This document shows, piece by piece, positions 13,946 through 25,939 of a stretch of 64,000 nt of DNA. The position numbers and the translations under genes are program-made. The stretch covers positions 196,974,001 through 197,038,000 of the forward strand of contig OZ024743.1 of assembly GCA_964016885.1 (NCBI GenBank), in the 5' to 3' direction. Positions within the stretch are counted from its first letter, which is position 1; the number at the start of each line of letters is the position of its first letter. The notes under the pieces were generated by a model, which saw only the letters and a program-made list of their open reading frames with translations, did not search any database and was not told the DNA's origin. Source of the stretch: Eledone cirrhosa. Taxonomy: Eukaryota.

Positions 13946-14131
13946 CCCTTTAGCATTTACATTACTCTATATATATCATTATATTTTCATGGTAAAGGCT
14001 TTATCCCACATAATATTGAATCTCTGAGATTTTGATATTATCTATACCTTAACATCAGTATGAGTGACTAGTTTGAACAGAAAGAGGTGAGAGAACTCTG
14101 GCCGGATACAGCTGGTTTAAATGCTAAAGGG
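13946..14131. mobile_element. piggyBac-type MITE (copies at about 18397-18590, 27398-27597, 54307-54499, 60809-61000)
   Basis: TTAA|CCCTTTAGCATTT...AAATGCTAAAGGG|TTAA. Confidence 0.8.
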
Positions 14132-14761
14132 TTAATAGAAGCAGTCCTCCCTGTAAGATGGTAGTCACGATAAACTGATTAAATGTTCCCAGTACACACT
14201 GTAAATTGGTTGGTGTTTGGAAGGGAACCAGCCATAGAACCCATGCTCCCAGTACTTCCTGTAAAGTGGTTTGCATTAGGGAGGGCATCCAACCATAGAA
14301 ACCAAGCCAAAAGTGGAATGTATGAGCAAGACATGATCACCTGACTAATTTAGCCTCAAAAGGTGACAACTTGTCTAAGCCATGCAAGCCAGGAAAATAG
14401 ACATTAAATGATGATGATGATGGTTATGTAAAGTATCTAAGAGATTAGTCTTAGAAAGCGCATCCAGCTGTAAGTATGGCATCTGTCATGAGACCTGTTT
14501 TAACAGCGGAAATGTCCTCAAGATGCTTGTTATAAAAATATAAGGAAAATTGTGTACAATGCTCAGGAGCACTACAACTATAGTTTGAAATATCTAAGAG
14601 AAATGGATTATTGAAGATTATTATGAAGGTAATGACATTTATTAAAGGTTCATGACTTTGTTTTTTTCACTGTTCTTAGTTGTTTATTTAACATACTTGA
14701 TTTTCAGATTTGTTCGTTAAATAGAAATAGTTGTTAAACAATCATCTTTTCTCATTTTTAG

Positions 14762-14896
14762 ATCAGGTTCAATGCTGACAAACGGGACAATCTGAAATAT
14801 CGAGAGAAGTTCCCTCACACTCTGTTCTCTCCGTCTTTGAGTCACTTTGGTGGCCGACCATTGGATGGCTTTGTCTGTGTCACATCAACTGGTCTG
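14762..14896 (+). CDS. MED16: MED16 exon
   Basis: tttag|ATC...CTG|gtatga. IRFNADKRDNLKYREKFPHTLFSPSLSHFGGRPLDGFVCVTSTGL, matching the MED16 motif FSPSLTLFGGKPMEGW..VT.SGL. In frame with neighbours. Confidence 0.92.
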
Positions 14897-15088
14897 GTAT
14901 GATATTTTCTGTTTTGTTTTAACTCTTAATATCTTGTACTGCATTAAGCTAGACATGCTTTCACCCTTTTGATACCAAACCTGTTGAAACTACCCACAGT
15001 TTTATTACGAAAATCCTTGTGTTTTAACATGTTTGTATTTAAATTTAAACCTTCCATTATAATTTTATGTTAGAAATTTGTTTCCTTC

Positions 15089-15616
15089 ATGCCAGCATGG
15101 AGAAGTTGATGTAAAAACGATGGTGATTACTGATAGGTGTGATTTGAGGGAGATTTGGCTGCTATTTTTAGTAGAATGAACTTCTCTTTACAGGGTTCTT
15201 TGAAGGTGTCATGAGGTAGTGTAGCCACATGACATCTTCAAAGGTGTCATGAGGTTACTATGAATAAATGTTTTAGACTGCAGTGGAGCTTAAATCTTCT
15301 CATAAGTCTCGGGAGAACAATGGTAAACTATGTCATTGTATTCTATCTTCATGAAGATAAAGTCCTCAGTGGAGTCCCAAAGACCCTAATTAAGTAATTG
15401 GATATTAAATATAAGAAGACTATAGTCATCTTTTTATATTCACTCTTATCTACAAATATATATACCTGATGAAAAACTGTTTGTTTACTTTATACTTTTA
15501 AATATTATATAAACACATTTTTCCAGAACCATATGTTAAACAAATGGTGCTGTCTTGGGGTGGTGCAGTTATCTGGTGAAGATATTTTTCTCTGGCATGG
15601 TGACATAATGGTGTTA
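15089..15616 (+). pseudogene. intronic duplicate of 12252-12786 carrying a dead copy of a MED16 exon
   Basis: Colinear with 12252-12786. The exon copy starts at 15527 after ttccag and has a 1-nt deletion, a TTA>TGA change and no GT donor. Confidence 0.85.
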
Positions 15617-15982
15617 ATAATCTTGTCATGATCATCCATAGTGTCTCCCTCACCATCCTCTGGGGAAATACATTCTCTATTATGTCTGCTGGTGCCACAG
15701 GGTGGCCAATGCATGGGGGCCTCCATTTGCTTATAATTGTGAGAGATGGGGAGAGCGAGAGAGACAGAGGCAGTGAGTAAAAGAGAGAGAGAACACCAAC
15801 ACTTATTTACTTATAACACCTTTGTAATATCATTGATATAATTGTCTTATTTAGCCTTAATAATCAATAAGTCTTTTATATAAACTCTCCGTCTGTTCCA
15901 CATTGAACTGCTAACATTATGATCATCTAAAAAATTAGTCCTGTATTTAAAAAAATATATAATTTGTCTTTTTTCTGTTTAG

Positions 15983-16648
15983 GTATCCGTTGGACTGATC
16001 CAAAATACAGAACCCAAGATTCGTTCTTATGTGGAAAGTCTGTCTCCTGCACACTTACGGGCATCTCTAGCTGACATTGCCTACAATTCCAATGGAGACC
16101 TGATGATAGCTACCACAGATGGTATGCCGTCTTCTGCCATTCAGTGTTTTCTTGTGTCTTTGTCCATGGAGCAGACCAGCTGCGTCATCACGAGTCGTGC
16201 CAGTGCTAGTCTGTACGTCAAGTGTCACACAGAAGCCACCGGAGGGGTTGGTGTTGTTGGCCGTCCGACTGGACCAACAGCTGCTACTGGTGTTGACCAA
16301 CAGAACTTCTGTGTCACACATGTTCAGTTTGTGAACAAGGACTATAGTGATACTCTTGTGATTTGTGTTGGTGGTCAGAACTATAGCTGGATTGATTTCT
16401 GGCAGTTAGTTGAACAGACACATTCCTTGCACAGGATGTTCCATACCAATAGTAAGCCCAACACTGTTTATAAAACCCCTAAATGGATGCACAAAGCTAC
16501 TGTTACACACAACACCATGGTGACAGCTATAGCTGGACCTAAACTACCAACTATGCCTTGTGTTATGGAAGCAAGTGGCTTCACTCCGTACATTGCAGTA
16601 GCGTACAGAAATGGCATTATTAAGTTGATTCATCGCTACAGTTTCCAG
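15983..16648 (+). CDS. MED16: MED16 exon (beta-propeller region)
   Basis: tttag|GTA...CAG|gtaaat. 222 codons, VSVGLIQNTEPK...LADIAY...KLIHRYSFQ, in the frame of ORF 16031-16681. Confidence 0.92.
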
Positions 16649-16759
16649 GTAAATATACTACCTTTACTATTTATTCTTTAATCAATCTATTAACTTTATT
16701 ATTTGTCTAAATAAAAATAATCAGATTATTTTATTATTGCATATTAATCTTTCCAATTT

Positions 16760-17325
16760 AGTCTGATCTGACCTGGCTTCAGTCTGATCCAATCCAATCC
16801 GATCTGACTCAATCTCATCTGATTCAATCTGATCGGATCTGACCCACTTTGAGCTGGTCCAGAGCAATCTTATCTAGTTTGATCCAATGTATTCCAGTTC
16901 GATCTGATCTGGTCTGATTCAACCCGGTCTTGTCTGATCTGACCCATTTTGATCTGGCCCACTCCGATCCAGTTTGATCTGATCCAGTGTGATCCGATCC
17001 ATTTTGACCTGATCCAATGTGATCCAGTTTGGTTTGATCTGACTCGGCTAGTCCTATCCAGTGTGACTCAATCTGGTTTCATCCAATCCTGTTTGATCTG
17101 ATCTGGTGTGATCCAGTTCAATTCAACCCAATTCAATCAGATCTGTTCCATAGCAATCTGGTTCTGATCCTGATTCGATCAGCTCTGGTCTGGACTTATT
17201 CAATCCAGTCTAGTCTGGTGAGATCCATTCTTGTCTGATCTCATCCGATCCAATCTGATCTGGTCCAATTCAACCCGGTCTGGTCTGATTTGATCAGATC
17301 CAGTCTTACCTGTTTTGTTCAGACC
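16760..17325. repeat. degenerate pentamer satellite (GATCT/GATCC)n
   Basis: 5-bp periodicity over about 560 bp of a MED16 intron. Confidence 0.85.
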
Positions 17326-18063
17326 TGAAGGATGAACTCTGCCAGATTTAACATGCTCAAGACATGCTGTATTGCTCATCTTGTTCCCATATCAAAATTG
17401 CTTCATATTCCATTCTCACGTTCCTTCTTTTTCTTTAGAAAGTGCAGACAGCCAAACAAATAGTACATGGCATTTTGTCCTATTCTTTAACAACTGCCAA
17501 TTTGCTGCCTGAAAGACAGCTATATTTTTTATCATATTCCCAATGAAAAAGGCAGCATATGCTTTTCAAATTATTTTGAAAATAATAAAACTGGGAGGGA
17601 TTTAGTTATATAATGTCACTCCTGTCCTGTCTCTTTTGAAGTAAAATCCATGTAGTAAATAAAACCCAGCCATGAAGCTATATTTACTATTCAAGCTATA
17701 TTTTGAATTAATTTTCCATGCTCTCTCTCTTTCTCACTATTCCCCATTCACTTATTTCAATGTTCAATGCTTTTTAAATTCTCTTTCTTTTTCTTTTCTT
17801 CTTCTTAGTCAACTTTCCACCCCTAAAATTGTTGGCTTTGTGCCTAAATCAGAATCCGCATTGCAACTTAGTTACGTCCCTTTGCGTCTGTGTTCAAATC
17901 TCGCTGAGGTTAGCTTTATCTTTCATCCTTACAAGGTCGATAAATAAAGCACCAATAATGCAATGGGGTCGATTTAATCAACTTTTCCCCCCTCTTCAAA
18001 TTGCTGGCCTTGTGTCTAAAGTATTATTATTATTATTATTATTATTATATTATTTCTTTGTAG

Positions 18064-18340
18064 GTAATATATAACTGCTGTGTGGATCAGTTTCGGGAAC
18101 TCAGTATCCCTGAGAAGCGAAATCTCAGTCACAACCAACCTTCACATCTATCAGTGTTATTGCAGACTCACAGCAGTTGTGGGATGATTGGTGTGAAAGA
18201 TAACAATATTTACTTGTTCCGATCTGTCAATGCCAATGACGCTGGCGTACAGATGTCTCCTGCCTACATGGTTCTTTTGCTAGAGTATGCAGCCACTACA
18301 GGCTGGGACTGGTGGGATATCCTTTTAGCTACCAAACAAA
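18064..18340 (+). CDS. MED16: MED16 exon
   Basis: ttgtag|GTA...CAAA|gtgagt. Contains LLEYAATTGWDWWDILL (MED16 LLEYCM.TGYDWWDILL motif). Ends phase 1. Confidence 0.93.
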
Positions 18341-20560
18341 GTGAGTGTTTTACTATTTGTTTATTTATTGCATGTAGCCTTGTGTATCTGGTTTAACCCT
18401 CCAGCATTTAAAGCAGCCGTATCCAGCCAGAATTCTCTCACCTCTTTCTCTTCAAACCAGCCGTATACAAACCAGCCATTCATACTGATATTAAGATATT
18501 GTTCTCAAAATAAATAATATCAAAATCTCATAGATTCAATATTATGTGAGATAAAGCCTTTACTGTGAAAATACAAATGCAAATGCTAAAATAGGTACAC
18601 CGTATCAGTATGTTATAAGAACCAACTAAAAGTGTGTTAGGAAGGGCATCCGGCTGTAAAGCATTACCTCAAAAAATTCTATGCTGATATGGGTTCAGTA
18701 GGACTTTTTTCAGATAGGGTTTTACAGCTGGATTTCTTTCTTGACACCAATCTTTTTCTCACTTTCTTTGACATGCAGAAACACATACCTATTCTAAACC
18801 AGATCCAAGCTCCTGCACTGTTGTCTAAAATATTTATAGAATTCAACTACACTGCCTCATGATACCTTAAAAAAAACCCTCTACATAAGAGGTTACCTGT
18901 TAACAATTGCAGCCAAACCTCTCTCACATCACAACTTACAGTCTTAAAAATGAAAGACTACATTATTACAATGTAACAATCATCACCATCATTTTTATAT
19001 TTAATTTTCCATGCTGGCATGGATTGGATGGATCATTTTGAGTTAATGTTTTTTTTTAGCTGAATGCTCTTCTCGACTCCATCTTTCTTAGACACTTCTT
19101 ACAACACACAGGGATAGTTTACCTATTCTAGACCAGATACACATTTAAAAAAAATTAAAAAAATTTTCTTTTCAAAATATATATATATAAAATTATGATG
19201 GCAGGTTTGTTTTCAGATAAATATATGCATGATAACTAATACTGTAAAGAGATGGTAGTGTTTTCATTTAACTCACACCTAGTATATTCCTCTCAGGTGA
19301 AGACAGTTAATACTTGTCTATTGTAACACTTTCCTGACATTTGTACATTATTCTATGTACTAAACATGTACCTTTGATAAGTTGTAGTGCACCTGAGAAC
19401 TGTACACAATAATTTTCATTATTATCATTATTTTATAATTAAAACAAGATCAATGCCATGTTAGTGAATTCACTAGATGGGAACTTGAAAGCCTTGTTGA
19501 TTTTGTGTCTTTGCTTCCCAAAACACTGTTAAGTCAGGGAATCTCTTACTATACTGAATAGTATGGGTTGGCATCAAGAATTGCATTTGGCCGTAGAAAT
19601 TTGCTGTGGATAAAGCAAGTAGCAGCAGCAAAGCAGGAGACTGCTTCAAGAAACTCCTTTCAAGTTCCAAATCTAAGCCAATATACCAAGGGACACTACT
19701 CTAGTTAAAAAATATAGAAATATAATCTGCTTATTTTAATATCGGTAGCTATGACACTGGAATATCACTGACTATAGTAATTTCATATTTAATGGCTGTA
19801 GTTGTGACATTGAAGTATCAGAGATTATAGTAACTCTATATTTAGTCTGTAAGATAAACCAGAATTTTGAGGGATTTAGTAATATAACTAACTTTCTCAT
19901 TACTAAGCAAATTTTGGGGGCACAACTTAACATTAAATTATAAATATTGTTCAGATAATTATTAATACTTTTTATTAGCTTTTATAATAATAATAATGAA
20001 ATTATTGTGTACAGTGCTCAGGTGTACTACAACTCATCAAAGGTGCATGTATAGTACATAGAATAATGTACAAATGTCAGGAAATTGTACAGTCATATGT
20101 GTTTATGGAGGGGGGATATCAGGTATAGTGTTGGCGAATTTCGTAGAAGTAGAGGTTGTTTCAGGTAATTTAGTATCAAAACTGTTAAATGTTGTTTAAT
20201 CCGAGATCAACTCTAACAAAAGCATTTAGTTGTGACTATCTCATCTTTTATACAGATACACTGCATCTAAGACTATGTTATCCTCTGTGCTTTCACTTTA
20301 CTTAAGACAGTGGAGTATGATTTGAGTGCAATTTGACTGCTATTTCCAGCAGGTTGATCATTTGTATAGTGGCTCCCCTCATTGACTCAAACCCATTTAC
20401 ATTTCTTTTGTAACACACTGCATCTAGGATTATGTTATCCTCTGTATTTACCCTTTATTTGAGACAGTGGAGTATGATTTGACTGCTATTTCCAGCAGGT
20501 TGAGCATCTGTATAGTGGCTCCCCTCAAGTAACTCAAACCCATTTACATTTCTTTTATAG

Positions 20561-20790
20561 GTATGATAGATGACATGTGTCAAAAGCTGAATGACAACTT
20601 CCAGAAGCAACCAACTGCAGTCCAAGAACTGATGTGTTCCCGTCTGTTAGCCATCAAAATGGCTTTGTACAAAAGTAGTGCCAACAGCTATCATCTTGCA
20701 GCTGACTGTCAGGCTAAACTGCTCCTCTACACTATTGCAACTGTATTTAAAGGGATTCTGCGTCCTCGGCAATTATCTTCACAAGATAAT
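20561..20790 (+). CDS. MED16: MED16 exon
   Basis: ttatag|GT ATG...AAT|gtatgt. MIDDMCQKLNDNFQKQPTAVQE...RLLAIKMALYK...LRP. Phase matches the previous exon. Confidence 0.92.
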
Positions 20791-21149
20791 GTATGTATCA
20801 ACTTGAACTCTCTAACTTTTATATTAAATACATCATCATCATCACTATAATCACCACCATCATCACCACCATACCACTGTAGAGCAACTGATGGTGGAGC
20901 ACCTCTTTAAATCTGGATATAATTGTGTGGACTCATAAATTTCTTCACATACACATACATGCACACAGGTGTATACACGCACACTCACTTTCTCTCTCAC
21001 CTATCCACCGGATGCTTTTGTCTTTCTCACACAAAACCCATCCCAATTTCAATTCCATACAAAATACATTCTACCAATTTCTCTGTATTTTTCTACCATT
21101 TAAAAACTTTAACTCTTTCACTATCATATTTATAATGAAATACACTGTA

Positions 21150-21336
21150 TTAATAATTGTTTCTACTTTAGGCACAAGGCCAGCAATTACCCAGTGCATT
21201 ACTGGTACTTTATTTTATCGACCCCGTAAGGATGAAAGGCAAAGTCAACCTCGGCGGGATTTGAACTCAGATCGTAAAGGGACGTAACTATGCTGGAAAG
21301 CATGGCGTCCGACCCTCTACCGATACTGCCAATCCA
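21150..21336 (-). mobile_element. tRNA-derived SINE (copies at about 17820-18020, 26085-26262, 32955-33140, 43860-44195, 44885-45070, 55492-55676, 55750-55935, 59872-60090)
   Basis: Minus strand: A-box-like tggcagtatcgg, B-box gttcaaatc, conserved gcctttcatccttacggggtcgataaa core, (ATT)n tail. Confidence 0.88.
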
Positions 21337-21346
21337 TAATGTGTAC

Positions 21347-23010
21347 AATGAAAGTAACAGAAAGAGTTATAGCACAGTTGATTAGGGACTGGGTGAAACT
21401 AGATGAGATGCAATTTGGGTTTGTACCAGGAAGAGGCACCACTGATGCCCTCTTCCCTGTGAGGCAGTTACAGGAAAAGTACCTAGCTAAAAGTAAGCCT
21501 CTCTACCTGGCATTCGTCGATCTCAAGAAAGCCTTTGACAGAGTTCCACATGCTGTAATCTAGTGGGCTCTTAGAAAACTAGGAGTAGATGAATGGCTTG
21601 TGAAAGCTGTATAGGGGAACAGTCAGCAAAGTTAGGATTAGCAATGAGTATAGCGAGGAATTTAGCGTACAGGTCGGTGTCCACCAGGGCTCTGTTCTTA
21701 GCCCTCTCCTGTTCATCATAGTCCTGCAGGCAATAACGGAGGAGTTTAAGACCGGATGCCCATGGGAACTCCTGTATGCAGATGACCTCGCACTTATAGC
21801 TGAATCTATGGTAGAACTAGAGAAGAAATTTCAAACTTGGAAGCAGGGACTAGAAAGAAAGGGTCTCAAAGTCAACCTGACAAAGACTAAGGTCCTTGTA
21901 AGTAGACGAGAAAACAGAACCCAGATCCCCTCAGGGAAATGGCCTTGCTCAGTATGTAGGAACTCCATTGTCTGCCCCAAATGCAAACAATGGGTACACA
22001 AGAGATGTAGTGGGATCTCAGGAAGCTTAACTAAGAATGTAGGCTTCACATGTAGCAGCTGCGCTGGGACAGCAGGCAGGAAGCAAGCACCACCAAACTC
22101 TGGGAGGGCTCTGTAGAAACAGTAGACAGCTTCTGCTACCTAGGTGACCAAATTAGCAGCGGAGGTGGGTGTTCAGAAAGTACAATAACTAGGGTAAGAA
22201 CGGGATGGAAGAAGTTCAGGGAGCTACTGCCACTGCTAGTTGCAAAAGGCTTTTCCCTCAAAATGAAAGGCAGACTGTATGATGCATGTATACGAACAGC
22301 AATGTTACATGGTAGTCAGACCTGGGCACTGTCTGTAGAAGACTTGCGTAGATTAGAAAGAAACGAAGCCTGCATGCTCCGATGGATGTGTAATAGTAAT
22401 ATACGCGAACGGCAAAGCATAAACGAATTGAGAGACAGACTGAGCATAAGAGGAATCAAATGCTGTGTGCAGGAGAGGCGGTTGCATTGGTATGGACATG
22501 TGATGTGTATGAAGGATGACAGTGGCATAAAAAGGTGCAGAGCACTAGAAGTCAATGGAAACTGCGAAATGGGGAGACCCAAGAAGACCTGAGATGAGGT
22601 GATAAAAGCCGACCTTACCCAATTAAACCTCTCAAAGGCAATGATACACGTCCGTGACCTCTGGCTTCACGCAGTAATACAGAAGACCCGACCCCCCAGG
22701 GTACAAGCCGAAGCTGAAGCATATAGACAATATGCCCCCACACCCTCCACTGCAAAGTGATCGTGGAGGTGCCACGGCACCCAGCCCACACTGTAAAGTA
22801 GATGTGTAGGCGCCACGGAAAAAAAGCACCCAGCACTCACTGTAAATGAGGTCGGTGTTAGGAAGGGCATCCAGCTGTAGAAATCAAGCCAGAATCAGTT
22901 CCCGTATGAGCAAGGCATGGTCAGCCGACCGGCTACTGCCCACAACAGGACAACCCGTCTAACCCATGTTAGCGTGGAAGAATGGACGTAAAACGGTGAT
23001 GATGATGATG
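21347..23010 (+). mobile_element. 5'-truncated RTE LINE, family 2
   Basis: QFGFVPGRGTTDA, AFVDLKKAFDRV, LLYADDL with stops and frameshifts. (GAT)n tail. Confidence 0.9.
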
Positions 23011-23048
23011 AATGGTCAGATGCACTACAACTCATGAAAGGTGCATGT

Positions 23049-24010
23049 CATCATCATCATCATCTTCGTTTATCGTCCATTTTCCACGCTAGTATGGGTT
23101 AGACGGGAGTTGTCCCACTTGAGGCAAGGCTGGTCAGGTGACCATGTCTCGCTCATATAGGACTATCTGGCAGGTTTTCTACGGCTGGATGCCCTTCCTA
23201 ACACCAACCACTTTACAGTGTGGAACTGGGAACTTTTTACCGTTATTACCTACACGGCCACATTACAGCATGGACTGTGTGTGTTTTTTTGTTTGTTTTG
23301 ACACCGACACGATCTCGATCTCATTTTCTCGTGCTGTTGGTGGGAGGATAGGGTAGGGGTAGTGGATTGGGGTGTATATTTGGTTAAGAGGTGCCTACTG
23401 ACTGTAGGTTTCGCTTTGTACATAGGCAAGGCGGGTCTTCTGTATTACTGCGTAGCGCCAAAGGTCTCAGTCCAGAGACATTGTCTTAGAGAGATGTAAG
23501 TGTGTGAGGTCAGAATTTATCAGATCATCCCAGGTTTTTCTGGGTCTACCTTCTCCGTAACTACCATCACTTTTGATCGCCCTGCACTTTTTTATGCAGC
23601 TGTCGTCTTTCATGCGCATCACGTGACCATACCAACATAGTCTTCTCTCAAGTAAACAACATCTGATCCCGCTTATTCCTAATTATTCACTTAGTTCATT
23701 TATGCTTTGCCGTTATATTACTATTACACATCCGATGGAGCATGCATGCTTCGTTCCTTTCCAGTCTACGCAGGTCCTCTGCACGTAATGCCCATGTCTC
23801 ACTGCCATGTAGCATTGCTGTTCGTATACAGGCATCATACAATCTGCCTTTCATTTTTAGAGAGAAACCTTTTGTGGCCAACAACGGTATAAACTCTGAA
23901 CTTTTTCCATCCTGTTCTGACTCTGGCTATTGTACTTTCAGAACACCCTCCACCACTGCTGATTTCGTCACCCAGGTAATGGAAAGTGTCTACTATTTCT
24001 ATAGAACCAT
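23049..24010 (-). mobile_element. 5'-truncated RTE LINE, family 1
   Basis: KGRLYDACIRTAMLHGSETW...; 3' UTR like 433-800. Confidence 0.88.
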
Positions 24011-24328
24011 CTATAGTACATAAAATAATATACAAATATCAGTGTATGAGTCATGATATACATATGGACACATACACACACATATGTGCGTGTGTATGGT
24101 GGGAGAATATCAGGTGTAGTGTTGGCGAATTTCGGGAAGCATGGAAGTTTTGAAGGATGTAGTGTCCCGACAGGTAACTTCTGATGCAGGTAGTTCATTC
24201 CATGCTTCAGTAACTCTGAGTGTGAAAAAATATTTCCAAAATTCATGGGAGCTGTATCTACCATTTACTAAAATTATTAAATATCTCATTATTAAGATTT
24301 TTTCTCTTTCCTTTTATTTTCATTGTAG

Positions 24329-24431
24329 AATCCTGCTGAGAAATTATCAATGCTGTGCAATAAAGGGACTGAAACAGAATTATTGATATTGCTAACAAAT
24401 TTAGAATTCAGTGACTTTCTTGTAGATGCTG
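24329..24431 (+). CDS. MED16: MED16 exon
   Basis: ttgtag|AAT...GCTG|gtaagt. NPAEKLSMLCNKGTETELLILLTNLEFSDFLVDA. Ends phase 1. Confidence 0.88.
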
Positions 24432-24806
24432 GTAAGTAATGTTCAAGTTTCTGATAAACAATGATTTAACAAATACTGTTAATTTTTCACTTGTCTATCT
24501 ATAACAATTGTTATTTATCTCTGGGATTAACACAATTAGCAATGAGTATTACACTTGATCATGTAACTTCGATGTTTATATTGCGAAGTCATTTCAGTTT
24601 TCTTCTTCACCACTGTAAATGTGGTTGGCGTTAGGAAGGGCATCTGGCCGTAGAAACCAAGCCAGAAACAGTTCTGTGTGAGCAAGACACGGTTGCCTGA
24701 CCCAACTTACCTCAAATGAGACAACCTGTCTGACCCATGTTAGTGTGGAAAATAGACGTTAAACGAGGATGATGATAATGATGAATTCTCTTTTTTTTTG
24801 TTTCAG

Positions 24807-25507
24807 ACTCTTTACAGTCCTTCCAGCCTTTAATTCAGTGGATTGCTGATTTTACTCTCCATCTTCTGGGCTCCATACCTTTGCAACAATCTTATTCCGG
24901 TATACCTGGTTCACTCCTCATTCGGGATAGTTCAGTTCTAAATGTGCTACGAGAACTCTTTGTTATCATTCGTCTATGGGGACTCATCAATCCAAACTGC
25001 CTTCCTTTCTTCACTATGAACTCTTCAATTGAGTGTATGTCACATCTCTTCAAATTGTTAACAAAAGCCTGGTTGTGTGTAAAGGAAGGTGGTAGTGTTG
25101 AATATGACGAAGGTCTGGTTAGTGATTGTTGCCACCTCACCAGCGAAGTAATGATCAGAAATACACGTCAAAGTTTCAGTCAGGACACTCTTGGTTTTGC
25201 AATATTCCATCAGTCAACACCTCAGACATTTCAGATAGGTGTGGAGCCTAATTATGTGTACAGCTGTAAGCAGAAACAACAGTTCATGACTATACCAGAC
25301 ATCACAACAGAAAGTAAACAGATGTATGATATAGTCCGTCAGATTAACCTTGGTGAAAAGCCAGCTGAACCTGTCCGAGAGTGTAGTCGATGTGGTGCAG
25401 TGTCTTTAGTACAAAGCATTTCATCAGCTACATCAATGAAAGCTTGGGAAAAACGGTGGGCTTCCTCATGTCTATGTGGAGGACATTGGAAATGGACTAT
25501 CACTTAA
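24807..25507 (+). CDS. MED16: MED16 terminal coding exon
   Basis: tttcag|AC TCT...; SLQSFQPLIQWIADF...LRELFVIIRLWGL...CSRCG...WEKRWASSCLCGGHW (C-terminal Zn-ribbon-like motif of MED16). Stop TAA at 25505-25507. Confidence 0.95.
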
Positions 25508-25933
25508 AATGATTATCACTTCTATCAGGGGGAAACAAAAAAAAAAACTCCACAAAATCTTATCTATGAACAATTTCGATATCATCATAATCATCTTTGT
25601 CATTGTCATTGTGGATAAATTTCATTTCTTTACATGTCACACCTCTTTAAATACTCTCAAGATACTATATCAATTCTCAGCTATTCTTTCTTCTAGTCTT
25701 TTATATTCTCATTTGGGATATATTGGTTATGCTACATATCCTGCACACTGACCCCAACAGAAGTTTATTACAATTTATTTTTAACTTAAAAACGCCTGCT
25801 ACTACAGACCATGGAAACTGAGTCCTGCTAAATAGTGGTCTTAGAAAACTTTATATCTATTTATTTTGAAAAACTAAAATATTGACATTGAAAAGAGAGA
25901 AAACTGAGCATTACAAAATATTTTCAGATATCA

Positions 25934-25939
25934 AATAAA
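25934..25939 (+). promoter_or_regulatory. candidate polyadenylation signal of MED16
   Basis: AATAAA about 430 nt after the stop, followed by T/GT-rich sequence. Confidence 0.5.

Noticed and set aside
21240-21336. tRNA gene
   Set aside because: The A/B boxes belong to a multi-copy SINE head; no cloverleaf is evident.
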